Numbered from the stretch's first letter, positions 34,609 through 44,063 are shown. The stretch is 64,000 nucleotides of DNA from a virus (IMGVR_UViG_3300032295_000225:3698-67697); one strand, 5' to 3'. Made by a program: numbers and translations. Notes: generated from the letters alone by a model not told the origin.

Positions 34609-34872
34609 CTAGTTAGTGTCTGTGCCTTTATCTGCCTGTTGTTTTTGAGCAAGCTGTTGTGCTCTATATTTTGGTGATTTAATTCTAGGTTTAAGTTTGC
34701 GAGTTTCTAATATATCTACTCTAAGTGCGCTGGCAATTCGTCTAAGTTCCGACAAATGTGCGCGAGTACGCATACCACTGGCATGCGACTCTGTAGTTGC
34801 CCAATTTTGATAGTCTTCAAAGTACGCTCTGAATTCTTTCATTAAACGATCGTGCAACTCTTCGTAATTCAT
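34609..34872 (-). CDS. Small basic helical protein resembling the histone H1-like Hc1 family (87 aa)
   Basis: ASGMRTRAHLSELRRIASALRVDILETRK follows the Hc1-like pattern (A.G.R.R..L.EL.K.....R.EI...K); basic tail KLKPRIKSPKYR. Confidence 0.5.
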   Translation of the reverse strand: MNYEELHDRLMKEFRAYFEDYQNWATTESHASGMRTRAHLSELRRIASALRVDILETRKLKPRIKSPKYRAQQLAQKQQADKGTDTN

Positions 34873-36647
34873 TCTTCTATTTCTAAATCATTTGCATAAC
34901 TGGTAAAACCGTTTTCTTTAACGACCTTAAGAACATTATTCACACGACCTATTAATTCATCTTTGTGACTAATCAAATAGATATTCTTATTACGCTCACG
35001 TGCCATTTTCTTTAGTACTGCCAGCGCATTTTCAACACCATTAGCATCTAAGCCGTTATCAATGAGCTCGTCAATGAATAACAAGTTAATGTTTTGATAT
35101 AAACTTTCCCACACATCACGGAAACTCCAGCTTAATCCTAAGATTAAACGATTACGTTCACCGCGTGATAAGTTATCAAAATCTAGATCTTGACCTAACT
35201 GAGTAATCTCAACATTTAAGTCATTCAAGAAACTAACCTGATGCGGTAATCCCATCTTGTCAAGATAATAGGTAAGTCTATTGTTCAAATACGCTAAGTT
35301 TTGATCAATAATTTTCTTACGAATAAAGCTATCTTTGTTTGTTAATAACTTTAACAAGAACTCTTGATGATCTTTTAGCAAAGTTAATGCGTTAATGTTA
35401 TCCCATGATATTTCTTGAATAGCAGTGTGACGTAGATCATCAATTTGTTCTTGATAAGGATCTTTTTCTTGTTGTCTATTACCTAGTGCAGTTTCTAAAC
35501 TGGCAAGATTGTTCTGATGTTTAAGTGCTTCTTCTAATGTATCATAATAAGTTTGAGGCCTACCATTGATATCACCAATAGCCTCTAACTCCTGCATGAC
35601 ACTAGCATAGCTGTCGCTAACGCCCTGTAGATAAATCATAGCATCTGCAAGATTCTTGTCGGCAGTTGCAGACATTTCTTCGTGCTTATGACTGTGCAAC
35701 CCTTGTTCGCATGCAGGACAAGTCTTGTTTTTTAACTGTTCTAGTTCTTTAGTGTATTTGGTTACAACTTTATCTGCTTGTATTACAGCCGTTTCGAGTG
35801 TTGACTTTTCTTTGTTAAGACTTTTAATCTTAGTACTGAGCTCATCATAACTTTTAAGTTTAGCATGTTGCTCTAATTCACGATCAATGTCTACGCTTTG
35901 TAGTTCTGTAATGCTTTGTGCAATTTTTGCACAGTCTGTCTTCTGCTGTGAATACCAAGCTGATTGCCTAGTTTCTAAACCAGTAATACTTAACTGTATT
36001 TTTTCGTTAGATTTTTTAGCAGCCTCAATATCAGCATTTTCTTGATAGATTGAATCTTTAGATATTCGTATTTGTTCTTTTAATAGATCAGCTTTCTCTG
36101 ATAATAGAGTAATACCTAGTAACTGCTCAATAATTTCTCTTTGTTCATTGGCTTTTAAACTGAGAAACGGTTCTGTATAAGTGTTAAGAGCAACTATATG
36201 CCTAAACATGTCGTGACTCATGCCTAATAATTCACTGATATCTTTTTGCGTTTCTCGCATATCACCTTGACTATCATCAGTTTCTTCTGTAACAAGTTCT
36301 TCGTCGTTGACATAAAATTTCATCACAGTAGGTTTGCGCCCCCGCTCAATTTTATATTTGTTACTGTCTTTCTCAAAAGTAAGCGTAACCAACATGTTCT
36401 TATTATTAATCTTGTTAATTAAGTTATCTTTCTTGATATTAGTTAGGGCAGTACCGTATAGCGCAAAGCTCAGTGCATTTACTATGGTAGTTTTACCTGT
36501 ACCGTTACGACTTCCGCTGTCGTCACCACCTTGATCTAAGTTCTCACCTAGTACTAGAGTTAAATGTTCGCGAGTAAAATTTACAGCCTGAGTTTGATTA
36601 CCCACACTCATAAAGTTTTTTACAGTTAATTCTTTTAATTTTATCAT
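34869..36647 (-). CDS. gp46: Recombination endonuclease ATPase subunit (gp46/SbcC/Rad50-like), 592 aa
   Basis: Walker A NGTGKTT, coiled coil with CPAC zinc hook, signature LSRGE, Walker B LLFIDE, ISH motif; ATGA overlaps on both sides. Confidence 0.95.
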   Translation of the reverse strand: MIKLKELTVKNFMSVGNQTQAVNFTREHLTLVLGENLDQGGDDSGSRNGTGKTTIVNALSFALYGTALTNIKKDNLINKINNKNMLVTLTFEKDSNKYKIERGRKPTVMKFYVNDEELVTEETDDSQGDMRETQKDISELLGMSHDMFRHIVALNTYTEPFLSLKANEQREIIEQLLGITLLSEKADLLKEQIRISKDSIYQENADIEAAKKSNEKIQLSITGLETRQSAWYSQQKTDCAKIAQSITELQSVDIDRELEQHAKLKSYDELSTKIKSLNKEKSTLETAVIQADKVVTKYTKELEQLKNKTCPACEQGLHSHKHEEMSATADKNLADAMIYLQGVSDSYASVMQELEAIGDINGRPQTYYDTLEEALKHQNNLASLETALGNRQQEKDPYQEQIDDLRHTAIQEISWDNINALTLLKDHQEFLLKLLTNKDSFIRKKIIDQNLAYLNNRLTYYLDKMGLPHQVSFLNDLNVEITQLGQDLDFDNLSRGERNRLILGLSWSFRDVWESLYQNINLLFIDELIDNGLDANGVENALAVLKKMARERNKNIYLISHKDELIGRVNNVLKVVKENGFTSYANDLEIEE

Positions 36648-37657
36648 AGGCTATTATAAATGCTCAGTAACACTTTAGTATCAAATGTATCGGATTGAAT
36701 ACTTACAAGTTGATTTGATACAATTTGATCAACACTCTCAAACTTTTGAATATCGATGTCAGTGTTAATTTCTACATCTTTCTTTTCGGGAATTAGAGTC
36801 ATTTCTCTAATTGAATAGTCTTGCATAAACTTTTCTTTGATAAAACTAGCTTCTTCATAACTAATATCAATATCTAAACTTACACGCAGATGTTGTTTAG
36901 GTAATATAATTGAATCTGCTTCATCGATTAGCTTACTAAGTTTAACTGTGCGGAATGTAGGTTGCCCCGGCCATGAGTAATATTCAGGTTGCTTATCCCA
37001 TTCTAAAATCATCATACCACGTTCATCGTCCCACGTGTCTGCATAGTTGTGCGGAAAGGCATTACCGATATAAATCATGTTGCCTTTTTGTTGACGTTTA
37101 TGAAAGTGTCCACTAAATCCAAGCTCGTAACCTTTAAAACTATCCAGTGCAATTTCTCCATGATCCGGCATCTGCACCATGGCGTTCATAAAGAAGCTGG
37201 GCAATTCAAAGTGACCAAAGATATACTTGCCGCCCTTTTTACCTATGGTCTTCCATTCGTCTCCGACGAGCCAAGGACATAGAGTAACGTTACCAATAGT
37301 AGTGGGCTCGTGTACCACAGTGACGCCAGGAATATACTTTCCGAATTCGACGCTGTGGATGTCCCGCTTATCTTTGTAATAAAGATCATGATTACCAGGA
37401 AAGAAATAAAACTTATCGAAAGCCTGTCCCAGTTTCTCAAGGGCTCTAAGGCTATAGTCCATAGTAGTAATATTAAGACTGTTGCGATTGTGATGCCAAT
37501 CGCCCATAAAAATTCCAACATCACATCCTTCCTCCTTGGCTTTTGCAATATACCAATCTACAAAATCCTCGCAGTCTTGATTGTGCGTTGAACTATTAGA
37601 TTTTAATCCAAAGTGTATGTCTGTAAAGCAGGCTACTCGTTTAAAAAGGTTACTCAA
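36644..37657 (-). CDS. gp47: Recombination endonuclease nuclease subunit (gp47/SbcD/Mre11-like), 337 aa, TTG start
   Basis: Metallophosphoesterase motifs DIH, GDWHH, GNHD, GHFE, GHFH; RBS GGAGA 7 nt before TTG. Confidence 0.95.
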   Translation of the reverse strand: MSNLFKRVACFTDIHFGLKSNSSTHNQDCEDFVDWYIAKAKEEGCDVGIFMGDWHHNRNSLNITTMDYSLRALEKLGQAFDKFYFFPGNHDLYYKDKRDIHSVEFGKYIPGVTVVHEPTTIGNVTLCPWLVGDEWKTIGKKGGKYIFGHFELPSFFMNAMVQMPDHGEIALDSFKGYELGFSGHFHKRQQKGNMIYIGNAFPHNYADTWDDERGMMILEWDKQPEYYSWPGQPTFRTVKLSKLIDEADSIILPKQHLRVSLDIDISYEEASFIKEKFMQDYSIREMTLIPEKKDVEINTDIDIQKFESVDQIVSNQLVSIQSDTFDTKVLLSIYNSL

Positions 37658-37677
37658 TATAGTATCTCCATTGATCT

Positions 37678-37706
37678 ATTATAGTTGTTTTAAGGCTACA
37701 GGTCAA
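37678..37706 (-). promoter_or_regulatory. Sigma70-type promoter TTGACC-N17-TATAAT for the gp47-gp46-Hc1-GIY-YIG operon
   Basis: -35 at 37701-37706, -10 at 37678-37683, 17-nt spacer, 11/12 consensus. Confidence 0.85.
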
Positions 37707-38527
37707 TCGGCAGTTTCGTCGAATCTTTTTAATGCCGCCTGGTGCTCGCCTTCTCCGGTTCGACTATAACTAGGATTCATGCCATTGATTTCTAATAGAT
37801 CATCACGAATATTTTGACTACGTTTTTCAATATTGATAATCCTAACAAAAGAATTAGTCACAGCGGCAGTAAAGTACGCAAATGGATTGTTTGATTTTGA
37901 TTCGTCGAACTGTAGACCAATTTGAGTTAACTGTAAAATTGCTTGACCTTTCATTTCATCGTTGTAGGTATAACCCCTAACGTTTCCGCGGGTGGCATAT
38001 CTCTCACACAATTTAATGTACATTCGAGCCAGTGTGTTAGTAATCTGTCCGTGATCTTTATTAAACTTACCTGTTTCTAAATCACCCTTCCAGTGCGATT
38101 TTCCAACGCACACTAATATATCGTTTTCATTAAACTTCCAATGCTGGAACGGAGGAAAGTTTACTTTATCTCTATGGTCAGCAAGTGTTTTAGGATTCTT
38201 CTTACGAGTATTGTTAAGTGGAATATGATCAAACGTCATAATTCTAAACACTAAATCTTGTTTAGGAATTTTTTTATAATCTACCTCGCAGTCTGCAAGT
38301 TTTACTTTGTCACCTGCAGCCTTGCGACTAGCATAGGCTTCTTGACTCATACGTTTAGCCTGTGCTCGTTTAGCTTCTGCAACAGTTCGGATATTAATTT
38401 TATCAACAGTTGGTAGAATAAGATCGTATTGATGGTATTCTGGATTGACAAAACTACAAAATGTATTCTTGCTTTTGTGTATTTCTTCTAATAAATCTTT
38501 GTTGTTTAAGTAGTTAACTTTAGTCAT
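37703..38527 (-). CDS. gp55: Late transcription sigma factor (gp55-like), 274 aa
   Basis: NYLNNKDLLEEI and RGNVRGYTYNDEM..QFDESKSNNPFAYFT..NSFVRIINIEK align with T4 gp55; gene order 55-47-46 as in T4. Start moved to ATG 38527 (RBS AGGA); the ORF-track start 38548 lies inside the -10 box. Confidence 0.9.
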   Translation of the reverse strand: MTKVNYLNNKDLLEEIHKSKNTFCSFVNPEYHQYDLILPTVDKINIRTVAEAKRAQAKRMSQEAYASRKAAGDKVKLADCEVDYKKIPKQDLVFRIMTFDHIPLNNTRKKNPKTLADHRDKVNFPPFQHWKFNENDILVCVGKSHWKGDLETGKFNKDHGQITNTLARMYIKLCERYATRGNVRGYTYNDEMKGQAILQLTQIGLQFDESKSNNPFAYFTAAVTNSFVRIINIEKRSQNIRDDLLEINGMNPSYSRTGEGEHQAALKRFDETAD

Positions 38528-38546
38528 ATCATTCCTAATTACATAC

Positions 38547-38575
38547 ATTATAAACTACGCAGTTTATTTTGTCAA
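38547..38575 (-). promoter_or_regulatory. Perfect sigma70 promoter TTGACA-N17-TATAAT for gp55, with an inverted repeat in the spacer
   Basis: -35 at 38570-38575, -10 at 38547-38552; TAAACT-ACGC-AGTTTA at 38551-38566. Confidence 0.9.
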
Positions 38576-38582
38576 CTAAATA
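38575..38582 (+). promoter_or_regulatory. Late promoter (ACTAAATA) for the baseplate operon
   Basis: 21 nt before ATG 38604, RBS AAGGAG in between; abuts the opposite-strand -35. Confidence 0.75.
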
Positions 38583-38603
38583 CACTGACAAAGGAGTCCA
38601 ATA

Positions 38604-39683
38604 ATGCCAAATTTTGATCCAGGCGCAGGTATACGAACTATCGGGCAAGCCGCCTCATCTTTAGGATCCAATGCTGTTTCAGCAATGGGGGCATTAGGAT
38701 CTGTTGCAGGAACAGTGAGTAGAGTTGCAGGTGCTTTAAATAATTTATCAAATCCTGCGGCACTAGTATCGGCATTACGAAGCGCAAATTTACCTACAGG
38801 TGGAAACGCAATTGGACAAATCTTTAGTGCCGGGGCACAGTTTGTAGGCAGTGATGCTAGTAACGATTGGCGTGTTAGACTCAGCATGCCTAGCACTCCA
38901 ATATATACCGGAAGTCCAATATTACAACCATTAGTGCGGGCAGGCGGATTAGTTTGGCCCTTTACTCCTTCAGTTGCAATTAGTTCCTCAGCTACTTATG
39001 AACCTACTGCAATTACACATCAAAACTACAATTTCTTAAGCTATCAAAATAGTAAATCAGACTCTATTACAATTAACGGTGCATTCCACGTAGAAGACGC
39101 AGTGCAGGCACAGTACTGGATAGCGGCAGTACACTATCTAAGATCTATTACTAAAATGTTCAGCGGTGACATGGGTAAAGAAGCTGGTAATCCTCCTCCT
39201 ATTGTTTTATTAAATGGCTACGGAGATTATGTGTTTAAAAATATACCTGTAATTGTTACAAGTTTTTCTTGCGAACTACCATCAGATGTAAATTATATTT
39301 CTACTAATGTAGGTTCAGAAGGCTCGCTGGGCGGCTTTGGTATGGCATCCGGCGGCGGCATGTCATCTATTGAAAGCATATCAGCAACTACTGGAGCACT
39401 TGCCGGACTAGCTGGAGCAGTTGGTGCAGGCAAAGCCGCAAGAGCGTTAGGCGCAGTAAGCGCCGCTGCCGGAGTAGTCAACGGCGTTAAAAATTTACTA
39501 AGCGCATCTAGCGGAGGAGGAGGCGCTTCGGGCGCAGCATCCGGAGGTGCAACCCATGTTCCTGTAAAGAGTAATATTTCAGTAACGGTAATGCCTGTCT
39601 ACAGTAGAGAAGATATTAGGAAATTTAATCTTGGAGATTTTGTCAACGGAAAATACGTCAATAACATTCCGGGGTATAATTAA
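38604..39683 (+). CDS. Tail-tube-fold baseplate protein (tube initiator/cap, gp48/gp54-like), 359 aa
   Basis: DWRVRL..LVWPFTP..YQNS..ITING.F..HYLRSITKMF..GNPPPIVLLNGYG..VF.N.PV.VTS is a tube-like domain; first gene of the baseplate operon, before the LysM gene; G/A/S-rich termini. Confidence 0.6.
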   Translation: MPNFDPGAGIRTIGQAASSLGSNAVSAMGALGSVAGTVSRVAGALNNLSNPAALVSALRSANLPTGGNAIGQIFSAGAQFVGSDASNDWRVRLSMPSTPIYTGSPILQPLVRAGGLVWPFTPSVAISSSATYEPTAITHQNYNFLSYQNSKSDSITINGAFHVEDAVQAQYWIAAVHYLRSITKMFSGDMGKEAGNPPPIVLLNGYGDYVFKNIPVIVTSFSCELPSDVNYISTNVGSEGSLGGFGMASGGGMSSIESISATTGALAGLAGAVGAGKAARALGAVSAAAGVVNGVKNLLSASSGGGGASGAASGGATHVPVKSNISVTVMPVYSREDIRKFNLGDFVNGKYVNNIPGYN

Positions 39684-39982
39684 TGGCTACTTATAAAAAT
39701 ACAAGTCCGTGGAAAGATACACTAATAAAAAATAATTATCTAGGAATTTTGCGCATTAGAACAGTGCCCGCAGAATCAGATGATTATCTTTATACCATTG
39801 AACCTCAATACAATTTTAGACCTGACCTACTAGCCTATGACCTTTACAAAGAACCAAAACTTTGGTGGGTTTTTATGCAGAGAAATTTAGACATATTGCA
39901 AGATCCAATTTATGATTTTGTTGCTGGAACTAAGATATACATACCTAAAGGCGATAGTTTAAACAAACTGTTGGGATTATAA
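39683..39982 (+). CDS. gp53: LysM-like baseplate wedge protein (gp53/P2 gpX-like), 99 aa
   Basis: YTIEPQYNFRPDLLAYDLYKEPKLWWVFMQRN..GTKIYIP motif. Confidence 0.8.
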   Translation: MATYKNTSPWKDTLIKNNYLGILRIRTVPAESDDYLYTIEPQYNFRPDLLAYDLYKEPKLWWVFMQRNLDILQDPIYDFVAGTKIYIPKGDSLNKLLGL

Positions 39983-39983
39983 C

Positions 39984-42464
39984 ATGGGATTTTTTGATGA
40001 AGTCAGGGGCGCAGCAACTACGGCATCTAGCCAAGTAACTAAAGTATTATCGGGTAATTCTGCAGTTACACAAGGCATTGCTAGTGCAACACAAAGTGCA
40101 GAGTCTTTAAAAAATGCTGCACTTAGCGGCCTATCTAATGTAGGAACTAATATTGCAGGTTTAATTCCAGGACTACCAACTTCTATTAATTCTGCGCTAG
40201 GAAGTATAGCAGCAGGACAACCAACCCTTGATGTAAAAGGTTACACTTCAGGATTTAAAGCATCGGTTCCTGGAACGCCGCCGTTCCCTAATGTTTTAAA
40301 TCAATATAGTTCGTTTAACTATATGTTTACCTTAAGTGTACTTCCGTTAGAACATATTAATGATCCAAATACAACTTATAGAAAAGGCGACTTAGGACCA
40401 ATTATTATTAAGTCAGCCGGCGCTGCTCCAGAAAAGGATCTTGTGTCAACTGCCTATGGCAAATACGATTTTTATGTTGAAAATTTAAAAATCAGCGGCA
40501 TGGTAGGATTAAACAAAGGTACTGGTAACTCTAATGCACTCAGCATGAGTTTTACAGTTATTGAACCTTATAGTATGGGCTTGTTCTTTCAAGCTATGCA
40601 GACTGCAGCTTTACAATCTGGATATTTAAATTATCTTGATGTACCTGTGTTACTTACAATAGAGTTTAAAGGGCATATTGATGCTAATTTGTTAAATCAA
40701 CAAATTGACAATACTAAAAAAATGATTCCTTTAAAACTTAGAGAAATAGGTATGCGAGTCACTGGAAAAGGTTGTACCTATGATGTAGAAGCCTATCCTT
40801 GGAATGAACAGGCATTTTCATCTTCTTATTCTCAAACTAAAACAGACGTTAATATTAGTTGTAATAAAGGCGGACCTTATACAGTACAAGAAATGTTACA
40901 AAAAGGACAAAAGAGTTTACAAAAAGTTCTTAATGACAGACTAGATGAAGAACGTAAAAAAGGAAATAAACAATTTTCAGATGAAGTAATAATTTTATTT
41001 CCGTCAGATCTTGCAACAGGTGATGCCGCCGCTAGTGCGGATGCTGCTCCTAATGAAGCAGCAGACAAACCTGCTACTGCTAAACCTGGAGACTCTGCAT
41101 CATCTGGAATATTTAAAAAATTGGGAATAGGTCGCGGAGACAATACAACTTTAGTCCAGTTAAATGCAGCTACTGTTAACAACATTGGCAAGTCTGGCAT
41201 GGGCTTTAATCTTTACAACAAAGGCGACACTCCTTTTGCTAAAGATAACCTTGCCTATGACGAAGCAACAGGAATTTATAAACGAGGCAACGTACAAATT
41301 GATCCAAACAATGCAGATTTTAAATTCCCTCAAGGCTCTACAGTACAAGACATTATCAATCAAGTTATCCTAATGAGTGACTATGGGCGTCAAGCCCTAA
41401 GTAAAACAAACTGGACCCCTCAAGGACAAGTAGTATGGTGGAGAGTCGAAACACAATACTTTATGAAATCTAGCCCTGAAGATAATAAAGTAGGTCAAAA
41501 ACCTAAATTGATTGTTTATAGAGTTGTACCATATTTGGTAGATGCCTCAGTCTTTATGCCGCCTAATGACAAAGCACCTGGTTTAGAAAACAAAAAGAAA
41601 GAAGCTCTTAAAGAATACAACTACATTTACACTGGTAAAAATATTGACGTACTAGATTTTCAAATTGAGTTTAAAGCAGGATTTTATAGAGCATTAAACG
41701 CAGACGGAGGCAAAGAGTCAGAATCTAATCAAGGTATGTCTGCTGCTCAGGGCGCAGGAGCAGTTAAACAAGAAACTCAAGACGGCAAAAATCCTTCAGG
41801 TAGTTCTCCTAATACTCAAGAAACTCCAGTTACTAATAAAACAGATAAAATAGGATCAGCTAGTCATAAAAATGGCGGAACAGGAGTTGATGACGCAGCT
41901 ACTATTGCAGCTAGACAATTCCATGAATTAGCCACACAGGGTACTGACATGATCAATTTAAACATGACAATCCTTGGCGATCCTTATTATATTAGTGATA
42001 GTGGTCTAGGTAACTATACTGCCGGAGCAACTGAAAAACAAAATATCAATACTGACGGCGCTATGGACTATCAAACAGGCGAAGTATTAATTAGTGTCAA
42101 TTTTAGAACACCTATAGACCTAAACACTAAAACAGGATTTTATAATTTTGGAGATACTAAACCAGTCCAGCAGTTTAGCGGACTGTTTAGAGTACTACAA
42201 GTTGAAAGTATTTTTAATCGCGGAAAATTTACTCAACAGCTAAGTTTAGTTAGAATAGTAGGACAAGACAATAAAAATGCTCCAGAAGGAGAACCAGCAC
42301 TACCAAAAGTAGCACAACCAGATCAACCAGACGGAGAAGATGCCGGAGCAGACATTGCTGCAATAGAAGCAGCAGCCGCCGAAGAATACCCAGATGGTGC
42401 ACCTCAGCTTTCAGATCAAGAAGTTGCAGCCAACAACGCCGCTCTAGGCGATTTTGCAGGATAA
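39984..42464 (+). CDS. Baseplate hub protein (gp27/P2 gpD-like), 826 aa
   Basis: Between LysM and gp5 as in contractile-tail operons; C-terminal M.ILGDP..FSGLFRVLQVESIFNRGKFTQQLSLVR hub motif. Confidence 0.7.
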   Translation: MGFFDEVRGAATTASSQVTKVLSGNSAVTQGIASATQSAESLKNAALSGLSNVGTNIAGLIPGLPTSINSALGSIAAGQPTLDVKGYTSGFKASVPGTPPFPNVLNQYSSFNYMFTLSVLPLEHINDPNTTYRKGDLGPIIIKSAGAAPEKDLVSTAYGKYDFYVENLKISGMVGLNKGTGNSNALSMSFTVIEPYSMGLFFQAMQTAALQSGYLNYLDVPVLLTIEFKGHIDANLLNQQIDNTKKMIPLKLREIGMRVTGKGCTYDVEAYPWNEQAFSSSYSQTKTDVNISCNKGGPYTVQEMLQKGQKSLQKVLNDRLDEERKKGNKQFSDEVIILFPSDLATGDAAASADAAPNEAADKPATAKPGDSASSGIFKKLGIGRGDNTTLVQLNAATVNNIGKSGMGFNLYNKGDTPFAKDNLAYDEATGIYKRGNVQIDPNNADFKFPQGSTVQDIINQVILMSDYGRQALSKTNWTPQGQVVWWRVETQYFMKSSPEDNKVGQKPKLIVYRVVPYLVDASVFMPPNDKAPGLENKKKEALKEYNYIYTGKNIDVLDFQIEFKAGFYRALNADGGKESESNQGMSAAQGAGAVKQETQDGKNPSGSSPNTQETPVTNKTDKIGSASHKNGGTGVDDAATIAARQFHELATQGTDMINLNMTILGDPYYISDSGLGNYTAGATEKQNINTDGAMDYQTGEVLISVNFRTPIDLNTKTGFYNFGDTKPVQQFSGLFRVLQVESIFNRGKFTQQLSLVRIVGQDNKNAPEGEPALPKVAQPDQPDGEDAGADIAAIEAAAAEEYPDGAPQLSDQEVAANNAALGDFAG

Positions 42465-42467
42465 TAA

Positions 42468-44048
42468 ATGGCAGAAGAAACCAGACTAGGGCAAAACGAA
42501 AGTCCTCAAGACCCCGGCCCGTTTTTAGCAAAAGTAGTCAGTCACCTCGACCCTAACTACATGGGTGCTTTAGAAGTACAACTATTACATGAAGTAGGTA
42601 ATGACGAAGACAGAGAAGGTCAGCTTAGAACTGTTAAGTATCTAAGTCCTTTTTACGGTGTTTCGAATAGTGCCTATCTTGGCGAAGATCCTGACGACTA
42701 CGATAACACCCAAAAGTCCTATGGCATGTGGATGGTGCCTCCTGACATTGGCACTATTGTAATGGTAATCTTTGTTGGCGGAGATGTTCGCAAAGGCTAC
42801 TGGATGGGGTGTGTAATTGAAGAGAACATGAATTTTTCTTTGCCAGGGCATGCTGCTACAAAATATGTAGTTGATGATACTAAAGAAACTGATACCAAAT
42901 ATGAACGTGTACCAACTGGAGAATATAACAAAATTATTCACCCAGTTACAGAAGATCCTACAAAAATTGTCAAACCTGAAAGCCCGCTAGCAACAAAATT
43001 AGAAACTCAAGGATTACTAAAAGATGATATTAGAGGCATAACATCATCTTCTGCTCGCAGAGAAATTCCTAGTTCTGTTTTTGGTATTTCAACACCAGGC
43101 CCTGTAGATAAAACCGGTAAGCAGGGTAAAGTAGGTAAACACGAATATAAAATTCCAAACGCATTTGTTAGTCGTCTAGGCGGTAGTAGTTTTGTAATGG
43201 ACGATGGAGACGACAAGTGGGAAAGAAAAACTCCTGCATCTGATGGTCCTCCTGAGTATGTTTCAGTAGAAGGCGGCACAACTGCTGAACGAGATATCCC
43301 GCACAATGAATTAATTAGATTGCGTACCCGTACCGGACATCAAATCTTATTACATAACAGTGAAGATTTAATCTACATTGGCAATAGTAAGGGAACTACT
43401 TGGATAGAGCTGACTAGTGATGGCAAAATAGATATTTTTGCCAACGATAGTATTAATATTAGAACTAAAAAAGATTTTAATTTTTATGCAGACAGAGATG
43501 TTAATATTGAAGCAAAGCGTAATGTTAACATTAAAGCCGGTGAAGAAATGCAATTTGAAACCGGGTTAGACTGGAATGTAATAGTAGGAAAAAACGGCAA
43601 AATATCATTGTCAACAGACTTCGATGTTAACGCCGGTGGACATATCTATAATACATCTAGCGGAGCTAACCATACTAAAGCAGGCGGAAACATTGTAGAA
43701 ACTGCGCCTGCGATTCATATGAATGGACCAGCAGCAGCTACGGCACCAAAAGCACAAGTTTTAAAAACACATAATCTACCAGATGTTGCTAGTCCCGGCG
43801 CAGATCTAACTGAAGTAGTATCAATTCTAAGACGTATACCTACAGCAGAACCGTATCCACAGCACGAAAATTTAGATCCTTTAAAAGTCAAACCTGATAT
43901 AACTGATAGAGATGCCGAAGGAAGAAATACGTCATCGACTACTACAATGAGTTTTTCTGGAACACGCTGGAAAGAATATACTACAGAGACCGATACATTT
44001 GAAAAAATTAAAGGTCCCGAAGAGCAGGATGCAGACCCTTACATTTAA
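42468..44048 (+). CDS. gp5: Baseplate central spike (gp5/VgrG-like, N-terminal OB fold, no lysozyme seen), 526 aa
   Basis: AKVVSHLDP..GALEV, SYGMWMVPPDIGTIVMVIFVGGD..GYWMGC (Gp5 OB), RLRTRTGHQILLHNSEDLIYI..WIELTSDGKIDIF beta-helix start. Confidence 0.8.
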   Translation: MAEETRLGQNESPQDPGPFLAKVVSHLDPNYMGALEVQLLHEVGNDEDREGQLRTVKYLSPFYGVSNSAYLGEDPDDYDNTQKSYGMWMVPPDIGTIVMVIFVGGDVRKGYWMGCVIEENMNFSLPGHAATKYVVDDTKETDTKYERVPTGEYNKIIHPVTEDPTKIVKPESPLATKLETQGLLKDDIRGITSSSARREIPSSVFGISTPGPVDKTGKQGKVGKHEYKIPNAFVSRLGGSSFVMDDGDDKWERKTPASDGPPEYVSVEGGTTAERDIPHNELIRLRTRTGHQILLHNSEDLIYIGNSKGTTWIELTSDGKIDIFANDSINIRTKKDFNFYADRDVNIEAKRNVNIKAGEEMQFETGLDWNVIVGKNGKISLSTDFDVNAGGHIYNTSSGANHTKAGGNIVETAPAIHMNGPAAATAPKAQVLKTHNLPDVASPGADLTEVVSILRRIPTAEPYPQHENLDPLKVKPDITDRDAEGRNTSSTTTMSFSGTRWKEYTTETDTFEKIKGPEEQDADPYI

Positions 44049-44050
44049 CG

Positions 44051-44058
44051 GGTAAATA
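44051..44058 (+). promoter_or_regulatory. Late promoter (GGTAAATA), 5 nt before ATG 44064
   Basis: Intergenic TAAATA; no Shine-Dalgarno in the gap. Confidence 0.6.
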
Positions 44059-44063
44059 CAACT

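Noticed and set aside
36500-36560. Insertion within the gp46 Walker A region (GENLDQGGDDSGSRNGTGKTT) as an intein or lesion
   Set aside because: Only about 11 residues, no intein splice motifs, and all other ATPase motifs are intact; treated as a loop variant.
38528-38548. ORF-track start for gp55 at 38548
   Set aside because: It lies inside the -10 hexamer and would be upstream of the transcription start; ATG 38527 has an RBS and aligns with T4 gp55.
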